Assembly (NCBI GenBank): GCA_964252075.1
Contig: CAXULY010000010.1
Location: forward strand, 64,327-128,326
Direction: 5' to 3'
DNA from: an uncultured Deinococcaceae bacterium
GTDB taxonomy: Bacteria > Deinococcota > Deinococci > Deinococcales > Deinococcaceae
DNA: 64,000 bases
Under the pieces are notes generated by a model. That model saw only the letters and a list, made by a program, of their open reading frames with translations, was not told the origin of the DNA and did no database searches. Position 1 is the first letter of the stretch. The number at the start of each line of letters is the position of its first letter. Made by a program: the position numbers and the translations under genes. This document shows, piece by piece, positions 28,569-37,920 of this stretch.

Positions 28569-29275
28569 TTCAGTTGAACCTCTCGGCGGCGGACAAGGCC
28601 GTCGTGCATTCGTACCTCGCCATGCGCCCGTCCGGAGCGGACCAGGGCGCGCTCTTCCGGGCGTACGGGGACTTCAGGCCGCGAGCGGGACACGCCGTGA
28701 CCTTCGGCGCGGACGCCGCGTGGGCGCGCGCGCACATTGTGGGCATCCCGCTCGCGCTGAGCCTGCCGGGCATGCGGGGGAACGTGGTCGACGTCCACCG
28801 CGCCATCGCACCCGTCCTGCAACTCGCGTTCCGGGAGATCGTGGCGCTCGGGCTGAGCAGTTGCCTGCACCGCTGGAACGGCGCGTGGAACGTGCGGCAG
28901 ATGCGGACGGGCGGCGCGTGGAGCCTGCACAGCTGGGGCGTCGCGGCTGACCTGGACGCGGGGAGCAACGCACAGGGCGCCGGGAAGGGCACGATGGACC
29001 CGCGCGTCGTGCAGGTGTTCGAGATGCTGGGCTTCACGTGGGGCGGGCGCTGGACGGAGGGTGTGGACCCCATGCACTTCCAGGCGTCGGACCCGTTGCC
29101 GGGCGTGCCGGTGCCTGTGTGGCAGGACGCGGCGGGGCGCGCGCCGGTCACGGTCGCGACGCCTACCACGCACCTCGCGGCGAATGGCGCGCGGCTCATC
29201 GTGAACGGGGAGGACATGGGCACCATCACCGCGGCGAGCCTCGGGGCGGGGAAGCTGCAGGTCAACACGAAGTAG
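28565..29275 (+). CDS. Endolysin, M15-family peptidase
   Basis: R..R...WSLHSWGVAADL ... GFTWGGRW...DPMHFQ. Confidence 0.9.
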   Translation: MIQLNLSAADKAVVHSYLAMRPSGADQGALFRAYGDFRPRAGHAVTFGADAAWARAHIVGIPLALSLPGMRGNVVDVHRAIAPVLQLAFREIVALGLSSCLHRWNGAWNVRQMRTGGAWSLHSWGVAADLDAGSNAQGAGKGTMDPRVVQVFEMLGFTWGGRWTEGVDPMHFQASDPLPGVPVPVWQDAAGRAPVTVATPTTHLAANGARLIVNGEDMGTITAASLGAGKLQVNTK

Positions 29276-29279
29276 CGCC

Positions 29280-29537
29280 GTGCGACAGACCACCCGCGCC
29301 CTGAGGGCCCTGCGGGTGCTCGGTGAAGTGGACAGCCCCATCCTGCTGCGGGACCTCGCGCGGAAGGTGGGGCAGGACCACCTGAGCCTGCTTGACACGC
29401 TGAGGCGCCTGCACGGGCGCGGCCTCGTGCGCGTCACGTGGCGGCTGCCCAAGACGGCGTTCGGTGGGTACCCGCAGCGGGAATTCACGCTCACCCCGGA
29501 GGGCCGCGAGGTGGCCCGCCAGTTCGTGACGGATTGA
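29280..29537 (+). CDS. Winged-HTH protein
   Basis: LRRL..RGLV....FTLTPEGR. Confidence 0.65.
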   Translation: MRQTTRALRALRVLGEVDSPILLRDLARKVGQDHLSLLDTLRRLHGRGLVRVTWRLPKTAFGGYPQREFTLTPEGREVARQFVTD

Positions 29538-29610
29538 TGGCCGGTGTTCGTTCGCACGCCCAGGGCGCCCCGTGTGGGCGCCCGCATTGTTTGGCCCCCA
29601 GGAGGGCAAC

Positions 29611-29955
29611 ATGCAGTCACTGCTTCAGGTTCAGAGTCCGAACGGCACGCCCATCAGCATCCTGCCCCTCGGGGACGGCGGGAATTACTACGCCGCCCCT
29701 CCCGGCACGGCGGGCAAGGCCATCGCGGTGCCTCCCGGTGCCCGGTTTGTGCTGGTCACCTCGACCACGGCGGACGTGTGGCTGCGGGCGGGCACCACGA
29801 GCGGCCTGACCGTGACGGCGCCGAGTGGCGAGAGCACGAACGGCACGACGCCCGCCCTGCTGGGCGCGGGCGCCTCCCAGCCATACGTCCTGAACGGCGT
29901 CACGTACCTCGCGCTCCTGAGCACGGGGGACGTGCGGGTGGAGTTCTTCTCATGA
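29611..29955 (+). CDS. Hypothetical virion protein
   Basis: AGGAGG SD. Confidence 0.65.
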   Translation: MQSLLQVQSPNGTPISILPLGDGGNYYAAPPGTAGKAIAVPPGARFVLVTSTTADVWLRAGTTSGLTVTAPSGESTNGTTPALLGAGASQPYVLNGVTYLALLSTGDVRVEFFS

Positions 29956-31610
29956 CGTGGGGCAGCCAGCCCAGGAAGGGCGCGGGGAACGCGCGCGGCA
30001 TTCAGAGCACCGCGAAGGACGGCAGCGGAAACCTCATCATCACCTACACGGACGGAACCACCCAGAACGTCGGGAAGGTGGAGGGCCTGCCAGGCAAGGT
30101 GGTGGCCAGCAACACGGTGGACGCGAATGGGCACCTGATCGTGACGTACACCGACAACACTACGGCAGACCTCGGCCTCGTGAAGCCCGCTGCAACCGCG
30201 TTCCGATCCGGGGCGGGTGCGCCTGCCGACACGCTCGGTGCAGACGGCGATCAGTACCTGAACACGGCGACGGGAGACGTGCACACCCGGGCGGGCGGTA
30301 CCTACACCATCACGGGGAACATCAAGGGCACCACTGGTGCCAACCCACTCCTCGCTGCCGCAGCGGGCACGTGGACCGGTGGCGGCAACAACACCTTCGT
30401 GCGGCGCATCCCCGGTACCACCACCGTCGTGCCGTACGACGCGACGATCAAGGACGACACGCGGCCCGTGTACTGGCGGGACAACATCGGCAACTTCTGG
30501 GCGCCGGGTGGCCTCGTGCCGGGCGTGTTCCCGTCCGGATCGGTGGGCTTCACGGTGGCGCCCGCGCCGCTCACGACGACGACCGCACAGAACTGGGCGG
30601 CTTACGACCCGACCGGCATTATTCCCGTCACGTCGGATAGCGCCGCGTGGCGCGTGTATCAGAACCTCGGTGTGATCGAATCGACCGGATCGCTGCGGTT
30701 CAAGGACGGCCCGATCCTCACGCAGCCGGACGGCGTGGGCCTCCGCGAGCGCTTCACAGGGCAGACCAGCAGCGTCTCCCCGGGCACGGCGGTGCCGCTC
30801 ACCTTCGCGCACGATATGTGGGCGCCCGGGGACGGCACCGCGCCCGTGCTGAGCTTCGTCACGGACAACAGCGCGCCCAACCTCATGTACATGCGGCACG
30901 CGGTGGCCACCAGCGCCCGGCGCGCCGTGCCGCTCAAGCAGTACGGCCAGTTCCTCTCCGGGGGCGTCGCGGCGCTCATGGCGATGGACGTCACGGCAGG
31001 CCGAGAATTCCGCCTGATCCTGCGGGCCAGCGGACACGGCGCGATGACCCTCACCACCGGGCCTGGAGCGAACGCTGGGGCCAGCAGCATCACCATCAAC
31101 GCCGCCACCAACTACCTGCCTGCAGGGAAGACCTTCACCATGGGGGGCGTCAGCGTCACGACCACCGCGGACCTGCTGCCGGGCGCCACCACGCTCAGCG
31201 TGCAGAACCTGCCGGGGGCCATCACCGCAGGCGCCTCGGTGGCCCTCGCCAGCAATGAGACGGGCATCGTGGCGCAGTACGTGCAGAGCACCAAGAGCCT
31301 GAACCTCTACACCTACCTGAACGGCCAGGTGTCCGGGCAGTTCGGCAGCGTCAACCTCGGCATCACCCTGGCGAACTTCATCCAGTATTGGATGGAGTTC
31401 GTTATTTACGACAACCACGCCTATGCGCGCTTCTACCTCGGCACGGACGCGCGCCCTGCCATCTGGCACGTGAACGGCCTACAGCTGCCCGCCTATGCGG
31501 TGAACACGCCCGGGTATGCCGCTGTGGGTGAGTCGGGCGGCTCCACGGTGCTGCGCGTGTACGAGGTGGACGTGACCCCCAGCGTGTACGGCGATCCCCG
31601 GGTGGCCTGA
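29952..31610 (+). CDS. Second fibre-like protein
   Basis: Two G.LI.TYTD.T...G.V repeats; GAGAPADTLGADGDQYLNT motif. Confidence 0.75.
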   Translation: MTWGSQPRKGAGNARGIQSTAKDGSGNLIITYTDGTTQNVGKVEGLPGKVVASNTVDANGHLIVTYTDNTTADLGLVKPAATAFRSGAGAPADTLGADGDQYLNTATGDVHTRAGGTYTITGNIKGTTGANPLLAAAAGTWTGGGNNTFVRRIPGTTTVVPYDATIKDDTRPVYWRDNIGNFWAPGGLVPGVFPSGSVGFTVAPAPLTTTTAQNWAAYDPTGIIPVTSDSAAWRVYQNLGVIESTGSLRFKDGPILTQPDGVGLRERFTGQTSSVSPGTAVPLTFAHDMWAPGDGTAPVLSFVTDNSAPNLMYMRHAVATSARRAVPLKQYGQFLSGGVAALMAMDVTAGREFRLILRASGHGAMTLTTGPGANAGASSITINAATNYLPAGKTFTMGGVSVTTTADLLPGATTLSVQNLPGAITAGASVALASNETGIVAQYVQSTKSLNLYTYLNGQVSGQFGSVNLGITLANFIQYWMEFVIYDNHAYARFYLGTDARPAIWHVNGLQLPAYAVNTPGYAAVGESGGSTVLRVYEVDVTPSVYGDPRVA

Positions 31611-33217
31611 TGGCCGCCCCTGTCCCCAAGTGGGCCGTGTGGGATGGTAAGCGGTTCGTGGAGGACCCGAACCCCTCTGGAGCCGTCTGGAAGTACCGCA
31701 CCGGCAGTCTCACCATGGAGCCCACGACCAACGCGAACAAGACGCTTGATGACGTGGTGGTGGTGCACCCGTACACGCACGAATTCATCCGCTACCGCCA
31801 GTTCATGGACCGATTCGGCGGCACCGGCAGCGTCTACGTGCCGCCCGACATCGTCTGGGAGGACCCCACAGCGGTGCAGGCGATGATCGACGCCGCCAAC
31901 AACGCCGGGCAGGACACCCTGGTCATCACGGGCCGCAACATCCGCGCGACGCCCGCCATGATGGCGAACCACACGCGCCTGCTGAACATCCCCTACAACG
32001 GCACCAAGGTGCTGTTCTACGACTCCCGCTTCGAGTGCACCGGGGACATCGTGGGCCGCTACCGCATGCGGGTGGGCTTCTACAACTGCTGGGGGAACAT
32101 CCTGCCGCCCGTGAAGGCCGGATCGCCGTCCGGCTACGTCGTGAACGGTGACCAGGCCATCTGGCTGGAGGTCGTGGGCTGCACCTTCCCCCGCATGGGG
32201 CGCGGCATCTTCGTTCAGGGCAACGACCTCAGCAAGACCTTCCAGGGGGACCCCGCGGCGGGCGATCACGTGCTCATCACCCGAAACATCGCCTACAACA
32301 TGGACGGGCGGTACTCGGACGGCAACGGCGGGTACGTGCTGTCGCCGTACAGCACCACCAACAACCCGCCCAACGGGACGGTCGTGGGCGGCACGGTGGG
32401 AAACTTCCTGCGCGTGAACGAGTGCCCCGGCGTGCCGCTGGAGTGCAGTTACAACATCATCATCAACGAGTCCGGCAAGAGCCGCCCGGAGGACGTCATC
32501 ACCTTCCAGGGCGGCTCGGGCGGACTCGTGCGGCCCGACGGCACGGTGGAGGTCGCGTGCCTCGTGAAGAAGAATTTCGTGGTGAACCCCGGCGCGTGGG
32601 ACCCCACCTTCGTGGATGACGGCAGCGACCTCACGTACATCGCGAACAGCAACGGCAGCGGCTGGACCGCGCAGGCGGGCACGCCCGGCTACTCCGGCAC
32701 GGCCATCCTGGTGGGCGATCACATCTTCGGGTACCGGCACGACGACTACCGGTACAACAGCTGCGGCGTCACGGTGGACAGCAACTACGCCATCGGATTC
32801 CGCCCGCTCATCACCACGCAAGGCGGACACCACAACACGTTCACGAACAACAAGATGTACAAGACGCTGCAGGTGTTCAACCGACCGGGCGTGGTGTACA
32901 GCCCAGCGCCGAGCCCCTTCTATCAGGTCACCGATTACCACAATGGCGACACCGCCCCGTACAACGGGCAGCAGTACGTCATCTGGGGCTTCAACACCTT
33001 CACGGGGAACATCATCTACAACCGCAGCCCAGCGACGGGCGCCACGGGCACCCTCACGCTGTCGGCGGACGCCAGCAAGAACGGCAGCACCTCGACCGGC
33101 AACCTGCAGCTGGACATCCCGAACGACCCCACGGGCGGCGCGGCCTTCGCGGAGTACCAGGCGATGGTGGCCGCGGACGGCGTGACCATCGGCAGCACAC
33201 TTCCCATCCTCAGCTAG
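31610..33217 (+). CDS. Parallel beta-helix protein (depolymerase-like)
   Basis: Asn-ladder pattern (ITRNIAYN, SYNIIIN, VDSNY, NTFTNNKM, NTFTGNIIYN). Confidence 0.7.
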   Translation: MAAPVPKWAVWDGKRFVEDPNPSGAVWKYRTGSLTMEPTTNANKTLDDVVVVHPYTHEFIRYRQFMDRFGGTGSVYVPPDIVWEDPTAVQAMIDAANNAGQDTLVITGRNIRATPAMMANHTRLLNIPYNGTKVLFYDSRFECTGDIVGRYRMRVGFYNCWGNILPPVKAGSPSGYVVNGDQAIWLEVVGCTFPRMGRGIFVQGNDLSKTFQGDPAAGDHVLITRNIAYNMDGRYSDGNGGYVLSPYSTTNNPPNGTVVGGTVGNFLRVNECPGVPLECSYNIIINESGKSRPEDVITFQGGSGGLVRPDGTVEVACLVKKNFVVNPGAWDPTFVDDGSDLTYIANSNGSGWTAQAGTPGYSGTAILVGDHIFGYRHDDYRYNSCGVTVDSNYAIGFRPLITTQGGHHNTFTNNKMYKTLQVFNRPGVVYSPAPSPFYQVTDYHNGDTAPYNGQQYVIWGFNTFTGNIIYNRSPATGATGTLTLSADASKNGSTSTGNLQLDIPNDPTGGAAFAEYQAMVAADGVTIGSTLPILS

Positions 33218-33232
33218 CCCCTCTCTTCGCCC

Positions 33233-33264
33233 GCCCGCGTCAGATTTGACGCGGGCCTTCTCTT
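33233..33264 (+). terminator. Terminator-like hairpin containing GTCAGATTTGAC
   Basis: GCCCGCGTCA-GATT-TGACGCGGGC then CTTCTCTT. Confidence 0.6.
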
Positions 33265-33280
33265 GCCTCTGGAGGCACAC

Positions 33281-33691
33281 ATGAAGCGACTCATTCCCCT
33301 GCTGGCCCTGACCCTGTTCGGCACCGCGCTCGCGCAGAGCACCTACCCCGGCCTCACGCCCGAGGAGGCGTTCCTGGCGGCGACCATCGTGACGTTCGTC
33401 TCGGCGTTCATCAGCAGCAAACTCACGACGCTCGTGAAGCTGTGGGGCGGCACGACGGGCGTCACGACCGCCACCGTCTCCGCCGTCCTGAACGCCCTCA
33501 TCGCGGGTGTGGGCGGGTGGTCGGTGGGCCTGTACGCGCACAACGCGCACGGTTTCTTCGCGGCCCTCGCCAGCGTGGTGGTGGCGTACCTAACCTCGAC
33601 GGGCATCCACGAGAGCCAAGTCATGACGGCCCGGCGCGGCACGGAGCAGGCCGTGGGCGTGCCTGCGCCCGGCGAAAGCGTGGTGAAGTGA
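33281..33691 (+). CDS. Holin-like membrane protein with signal peptide
   Basis: Signal peptide plus 3 TM segments. Confidence 0.65.
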   Translation: MKRLIPLLALTLFGTALAQSTYPGLTPEEAFLAATIVTFVSAFISSKLTTLVKLWGGTTGVTTATVSAVLNALIAGVGGWSVGLYAHNAHGFFAALASVVVAYLTSTGIHESQVMTARRGTEQAVGVPAPGESVVK

Positions 33692-33909
33692 TGGACCTCA
33701 ACACGGCGGACCTGCAGGCGTTCGCGGAGCTCGCGGAGGGCGTGGTGGCCGCGAACCCCAAGGTGCTGCTCGGCGCGGCGAGCGCGCTGTTCCTCGCGCG
33801 CTTCGGGGAGGAGTGCGTTCAGGTGGCCCTCGCGGGCCTGAAGGACGACGAGGCGCGGCGCACGCAGGTGCAGGTGAGCTTGCACAAGCTGGTCGGGGAG
33901 TTCCAGTGA
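33691..33909 (+). CDS. Small hypothetical protein
   Basis: TGATG coupling. Confidence 0.6.
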   Translation: MDLNTADLQAFAELAEGVVAANPKVLLGAASALFLARFGEECVQVALAGLKDDEARRTQVQVSLHKLVGEFQ

Positions 33910-34253
33910 GACGCGTCCTGCTCATGGCGGCGCTCGCGCTCACGGCATGCACGGTGACGCCCAGGACGCCGGTCATCGGCGTGGATGGCACGCACTTCAC
34001 CGCGAGCAACGTCAGCCCCGGCGTGTATCACCGCATGGTGATCGTCATCAGCGGCCCCGCTGGGGTGGTACCGAGCGTCGGGCATTGTGACGCCACGGTG
34101 GACAACGTGACGGCCTGCCACCTCGGGGACGTGCCGCGCACGGACGCGGACTACCCGGCGCCCGCGATGGATGGCACGAGCGCCGCGACGCTCATTACGG
34201 CGACGTGGCGAAACGATGATGGGACGCTCGGCAAGGACGTGTGGCCCCGCTGA
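33906..34253 (+). CDS. Lipoprotein
   Basis: MRRVLLMAALALTAC lipobox. Confidence 0.7.
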   Translation: MRRVLLMAALALTACTVTPRTPVIGVDGTHFTASNVSPGVYHRMVIVISGPAGVVPSVGHCDATVDNVTACHLGDVPRTDADYPAPAMDGTSAATLITATWRNDDGTLGKDVWPR

Positions 34254-34268
34254 CCCGCTGAAACAGAT

Positions 34269-34305
34269 GCGCCCCGCACATGCCTTCGGGCGGTGCGGGG
34301 CGTTT
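34269..34305. terminator. Terminator between convergent operons
   Basis: GCGCCCCGCAC...GTGCGGGGCGT then TT. Confidence 0.7.
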
Positions 34306-34317
34306 CGTCGTTTGGGG

Positions 34318-34557
34318 TCAGTTGTAGTCGCTGAGGAGGTATGTGGGCACCTCGCCCACTTGTTCCGCCAGTTCCGCGAGCGTGCCTTTCTGCGTACGCT
34401 CCTCATCCAGCCACACGGCAATGTCTCCGCTCACCTCACCGGATTGCGTCACGGGGTGCCCGGTGACGGACTGCACCCACTCGCGCGCCTGTTGTTCAGA
34501 CTCGGCAGCGTAGATCTCGCTTTCTTCATCCACCCAGTAGAACTTGACTTCACTCAT
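34318..34557 (-). CDS. Small acidic hypothetical protein
   Basis: GGAGG SD. Confidence 0.7.
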   Translation of the reverse strand: MSEVKFYWVDEESEIYAAESEQQAREWVQSVTGHPVTQSGEVSGDIAVWLDEERTQKGTLAELAEQVGEVPTYLLSDYN

Positions 34558-34634
34558 GCGTAAATCCTCCGGTCTTGTGGACGTGGTTGCGGTCGGGGTC
34601 TGGGCCTGGGTCGGGGCGCGGGCGACGGCATCAC
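34554..34634 (-). CDS. Pro/Arg-rich micropeptide (M)MPSPAPRPRPRPRPQPRPQDRRIYA
   Basis: GGAGGT SD; start overlaps the upstream stop and stop overlaps the downstream ATG. Confidence 0.6.
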   Translation of the reverse strand: MMPSPAPRPRPRPRPQPRPQDRRIYA

Positions 34635-35221
34635 GAGCGGACCTCCAGGGCGGAAGGGGTGAGCGGGGCGGTGTGGATGGTCAGTGTTTGCTGTTGCACG
34701 CTGACCTCGACGTAGTACGTAGCTGGGTCGCCCATCTCGGGATGCTCGTCGTGCCACGCCGTGCGGGGAGGCTTCACAGCGATGGTGTAATAACCGGGGT
34801 GCTCAACCTGTGGGATGGGAGGTGAGTACGTGGCGCCCAACCATGCGGAAGCAGCCACGGCGCCCGCTGAGTCAATCGCGTCCTGTTCGCTGGTAAAGAA
34901 CCACTCACCGTCTACGCCGTTTTCGTCGTTCCAGAGGGTGAGGCACCAGCACTGCCGTTCAAGCCCTGCCTCCGCTGCCTCCAGTCGGGCCAGGAGGGCG
35001 CGCAGCAGGTTGGGCGCGGCGGCCAACAGGTTCCACTCGGCGTCCTCCGGACCACCCTCGGCAGGCTCAGCGACTTTGCGCGGCCCTGCGTCCGCGCCGT
35101 AGTCCACGGTGCAGATCGCCTCATACACGGTGCCCACCATGTCGATGTACTCCAGTTGCGGGGGAACGGCAGCCAGCAGCGCGTGGGCTTCGGTGACGGG
35201 GTCGGGCGTGCGGTCACTCAT
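34631..35221 (-). CDS. Phage hypothetical protein
   Basis: LLAAAP.LL motif common in phage accessory genes. Confidence 0.7.
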   Translation of the reverse strand: MSDRTPDPVTEAHALLAAVPPQLEYIDMVGTVYEAICTVDYGADAGPRKVAEPAEGGPEDAEWNLLAAAPNLLRALLARLEAAEAGLERQCWCLTLWNDENGVDGEWFFTSEQDAIDSAGAVAASAWLGATYSPPIPQVEHPGYYTIAVKPPRTAWHDEHPEMGDPATYYVEVSVQQQTLTIHTAPLTPSALEVRS

Positions 35222-35514
35222 GCGTTCTCGTTTGGTGTGGTGGTATTGATCCACACCTGATTGGAGTCCGCCCAGTCGTACAGTTCCGCCATCCACTGAT
35301 CGAACTCACGGATGGGCGTAACCTCATCGAAACCCGTGATGCACTCGAAGGCTTCGGCTATATCCTCCAGGGCGAAGTCCATGAGGCGCGCCAGCTGGGC
35401 GCGGATGCGGCGGGCGATCTCGGTGCCGAGTTCGTGGATGTTGCTGTCGTCCCACGCGCCTCGTCCACTCTGGTAAACGTCTCCGAGTTCAAGGCGGGCT
35501 TTCCACTGTGGCAT
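35218..35514 (-). CDS. Phage hypothetical protein
   Basis: AAGGAG SD; FD....LYDWAD...VW motif. Confidence 0.75.
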   Translation of the reverse strand: MPQWKARLELGDVYQSGRGAWDDSNIHELGTEIARRIRAQLARLMDFALEDIAEAFECITGFDEVTPIREFDQWMAELYDWADSNQVWINTTTPNENA

Positions 35515-35561
35515 CGGTGTCTCCTTTGGTGTGGGCCGCACACAACGGCCCACGGGCGGGG

Positions 35562-36053
35562 TCAGGCGTCGCCCCACGTCAGGGCAGGTGGGTTTCCGGT
35601 GTCGGTGATTTGCTCGGCCACCGTGCGTCCGTTGTGCAACACGCGGTACGCGGCGAGGGCCAACAGGGCATCCGTGCTGGTCAGGTCGGCGTACTCCAAC
35701 TGCGCCCGCAACATCAGCAGCAGGGCGCGCCAGCGGGAATCTGTCGCCTGCTGAACTGCCTCTGCGGTGGTGGACGCCTGACCGGAGTACTGGCGCTTCT
35801 TAGGGCGCGGTGTCCAGCCGGTCCCTGCGTTCGGGTTGCGGTAATGCGTGAACTCCTGGGCACTGGGGTCTGGGAGAGGCAGCACAATGCGGTGCGGCTG
35901 ACCGTGGAAGACGAAGGCCAGGGTGACGAGGTGACGCTCGTTGTCCTGCGCCACGCCGAATTGCGCGCAGCCGAACTTCTGGAGGAGGGCTTCGATTTCC
36001 TGACGCGTCCGCTGGGCGGCCACGTCGGTGTTCTGGGCGTATCGGCGGGTCAT
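35562..36053 (-). CDS. Phage hypothetical protein
   Basis: YA.NT.V....R.EIE.LL..FG and WRALLL motifs. Confidence 0.75.
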   Translation of the reverse strand: MTRRYAQNTDVAAQRTRQEIEALLQKFGCAQFGVAQDNERHLVTLAFVFHGQPHRIVLPLPDPSAQEFTHYRNPNAGTGWTPRPKKRQYSGQASTTAEAVQQATDSRWRALLLMLRAQLEYADLTSTDALLALAAYRVLHNGRTVAEQITDTGNPPALTWGDA

Positions 36054-36493
36054 GCGGCAACTCCTTGCGGCTGGCTGACGGTGGCGGCGCGGCGAACAGT
36101 CTGGTATTCGGCCTGGGTCAGCTCGCGCAGGTGGGGGACCGCCTTGCCCAGCAGGTACTTCACGAACGGCGCGTGTTGCTCGCTGGGGATGCCGCACGAG
36201 GCCAGGTGCCTGTGAAGCGCGGCGGCCTTGCGGGTGCCGATGGTCTGCCACGCGCCAAGGTCCGGAGCGTAGGTGGTGGGCTCGGACTGCGGGTTGGGGA
36301 GGAGGCCCGCGTCGCGCAGCATGCCGATGGCGGCGCTGAGGGCGATGGCCTCGCCGTTCAGGGTGGCGGCCACGGGGGCGGTCTTGCTGCCGCTGATGGT
36401 CAATGTGCCTTGGATGCGTTGCACGGGGATGCCCTCCTCGACGGTGTAGAGGGTGTCAATCTCAAAGCTGCGGGTGCGGGTCTGTGCGATCAT
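36050..36493 (-). CDS. Phage hypothetical protein
   Basis: AGGAGG SD; first gene of the leftward operon. Confidence 0.7.
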   Translation of the reverse strand: MIAQTRTRSFEIDTLYTVEEGIPVQRIQGTLTISGSKTAPVAATLNGEAIALSAAIGMLRDAGLLPNPQSEPTTYAPDLGAWQTIGTRKAAALHRHLASCGIPSEQHAPFVKYLLGKAVPHLRELTQAEYQTVRRAATVSQPQGVAA

Positions 36494-36560
36494 GAGGTGC
36501 CTCCTGTGGGGGTGAAGCAGGGTCTGTCTTGGCGGATGGCCCTGCTTCCTTCTTGCCCTC

Positions 36561-36603
36561 ACTATAGCCTATGGACTATCATAGTTGCAAGGCTATTATA
36601 GCC
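36561..36603. promoter_or_regulatory. Divergent promoters with CTAT-N-ATAG palindromic operators
   Basis: ACTATCATAGT (36575-36585), GGCTATTATAGCC (36591-36603); leftward TTGCAA-18-TATAGT. Confidence 0.6.
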
Positions 36604-36635
36604 GGGAGGCAACAATGACCCATACCCTTTACGCG

Positions 36636-36896
36636 ATGCCCGTCCGCTGGAAACTCAAGGAGCTACTCGACCGAGAGGGGCTCAACGTCAACCGCCTCTC
36701 CCTGGAGATGGCAGGCGAGAAAGGGCCGGAGGCGAAACGCCCGCAGCTCTACGCCATCACCTCTCCGAACGCAGAGAAGCGCCCGAAGCGCGTGGAGTTC
36801 GCCTACCTGGACGAGGTGTTGCAGGCCATGAAGCGCATCACGGGCAAGTCCTACCAGTTGGGCGACCTGCTGGAGTACGTGGAGGGCCAGGAATGA
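36636..36896 (+). CDS. Cro/C1-type HTH regulator (alternative start 36615)
   Basis: VRWKLKELLDREGL...L, LGDLLEY. Confidence 0.8.
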   Translation: MPVRWKLKELLDREGLNVNRLSLEMAGEKGPEAKRPQLYAITSPNAEKRPKRVEFAYLDEVLQAMKRITGKSYQLGDLLEYVEGQE

Positions 36897-37543
36897 CCGC
36901 CACTGCCGTCAAGGAGCGTGGCGTGCTGTTCAGCGCCCCCATGGTGAGGGCCCTACTGTCTGGGTCCAAAACGCAGACCCGAAGGACCGTGACGCGCCTC
37001 GCGGGCATTGGACCCATCACGGAGTTCGGCGTGAGCGACACACCCGGTTACGCTTTCCATTGCCGTGACGGGCGCATGTCCTGGAATGACTTCACGAAGG
37101 CGGAGGTGCTCGCCCGCTGCCCCTACGGCAAGCCCGGCGACCGTCTGTACGTGAAGGAAACCTACCTGCTGCACGCCCGTTGGGACTTCGACAAGCCCTC
37201 GGAAGTGCCGCGCGGCGTGGATGTGTGGTACGACGCGGACCGCAGCAAGATCGCGCCGCCCCAGTCCAAGTGGGGAATCAAGCGCTCTTCCCTCTTCATG
37301 CCGCGCTGGGCGTCCCGCATCACGCTGGAGATCACGGACGTGCGCGTGGAGCGCCTGCAAGACATCAGCGAGTCAGACGCGTGGGCGGAAGGTGTGCAGC
37401 CTTCCACGAACAGCGTCACGCGGCACGAGCACGAGGGGCGCAACCTGTACTGGGCGCTTTGGGACAGCATCAACGGCGAGAAGCATCCTTGGGAGAGCAA
37501 CCCGTGGGTGTTCGTGATCGAATTCAAGCGGGTAACGCCATGA
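36893..37543 (+). CDS. ASCH/PUA-like conserved phage protein
   Basis: G.KTQTRR, CPYG..GDRL.VKET, MPRWASRI.LEI..VRVERLQDI, NPWV. Confidence 0.85.
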   Translation: MTATAVKERGVLFSAPMVRALLSGSKTQTRRTVTRLAGIGPITEFGVSDTPGYAFHCRDGRMSWNDFTKAEVLARCPYGKPGDRLYVKETYLLHARWDFDKPSEVPRGVDVWYDADRSKIAPPQSKWGIKRSSLFMPRWASRITLEITDVRVERLQDISESDAWAEGVQPSTNSVTRHEHEGRNLYWALWDSINGEKHPWESNPWVFVIEFKRVTP

Positions 37544-37920
37544 GTGCCCTGCAATACGACGAATGGCACAACTCACCCTTTGAGCAGTTCATGGACCGTG
37601 TGGGCCTTCACAGCGCCCTGGAAGGCGTCGCGCTTCAGTACCACCCGGAGCGGAGTCAGCACCAGTGGAGCGCCCGCATCACCTTCGACCGTTGTGACTG
37701 GATGGGTTACGCTGACGACCCGGAAACCGCAGTCGTTGAAGCGTGGGTGGATTACCTCATCGGTCAGCATTACTACGGCTCAGACGAGGAGCTCACGTGG
37801 TGGGCCGTGAAAGGGCTCAGGACGGGCGTGTATCTCAGGGCCGGGATTGAGCCTGAAGGTGAGTACAGAGGCGACTACCACGTCACTCCACCCTCGGTCA
37901 CAGCGGAGGCCCAGCCATGA
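37540..37920 (+). CDS. Hypothetical protein
   Basis: ATGA-coupled. Confidence 0.65.
   Translation: MSALQYDEWHNSPFEQFMDRVGLHSALEGVALQYHPERSQHQWSARITFDRCDWMGYADDPETAVVEAWVDYLIGQHYYGSDEELTWWAVKGLRTGVYLRAGIEPEGEYRGDYHVTPPSVTAEAQP

Noticed and set aside
23105..33217. Diversity-generating retroelement or invertible fibre cassette
   Set aside because: No reverse transcriptase, invertase, template/variable repeat pair or flanking inverted repeats seen
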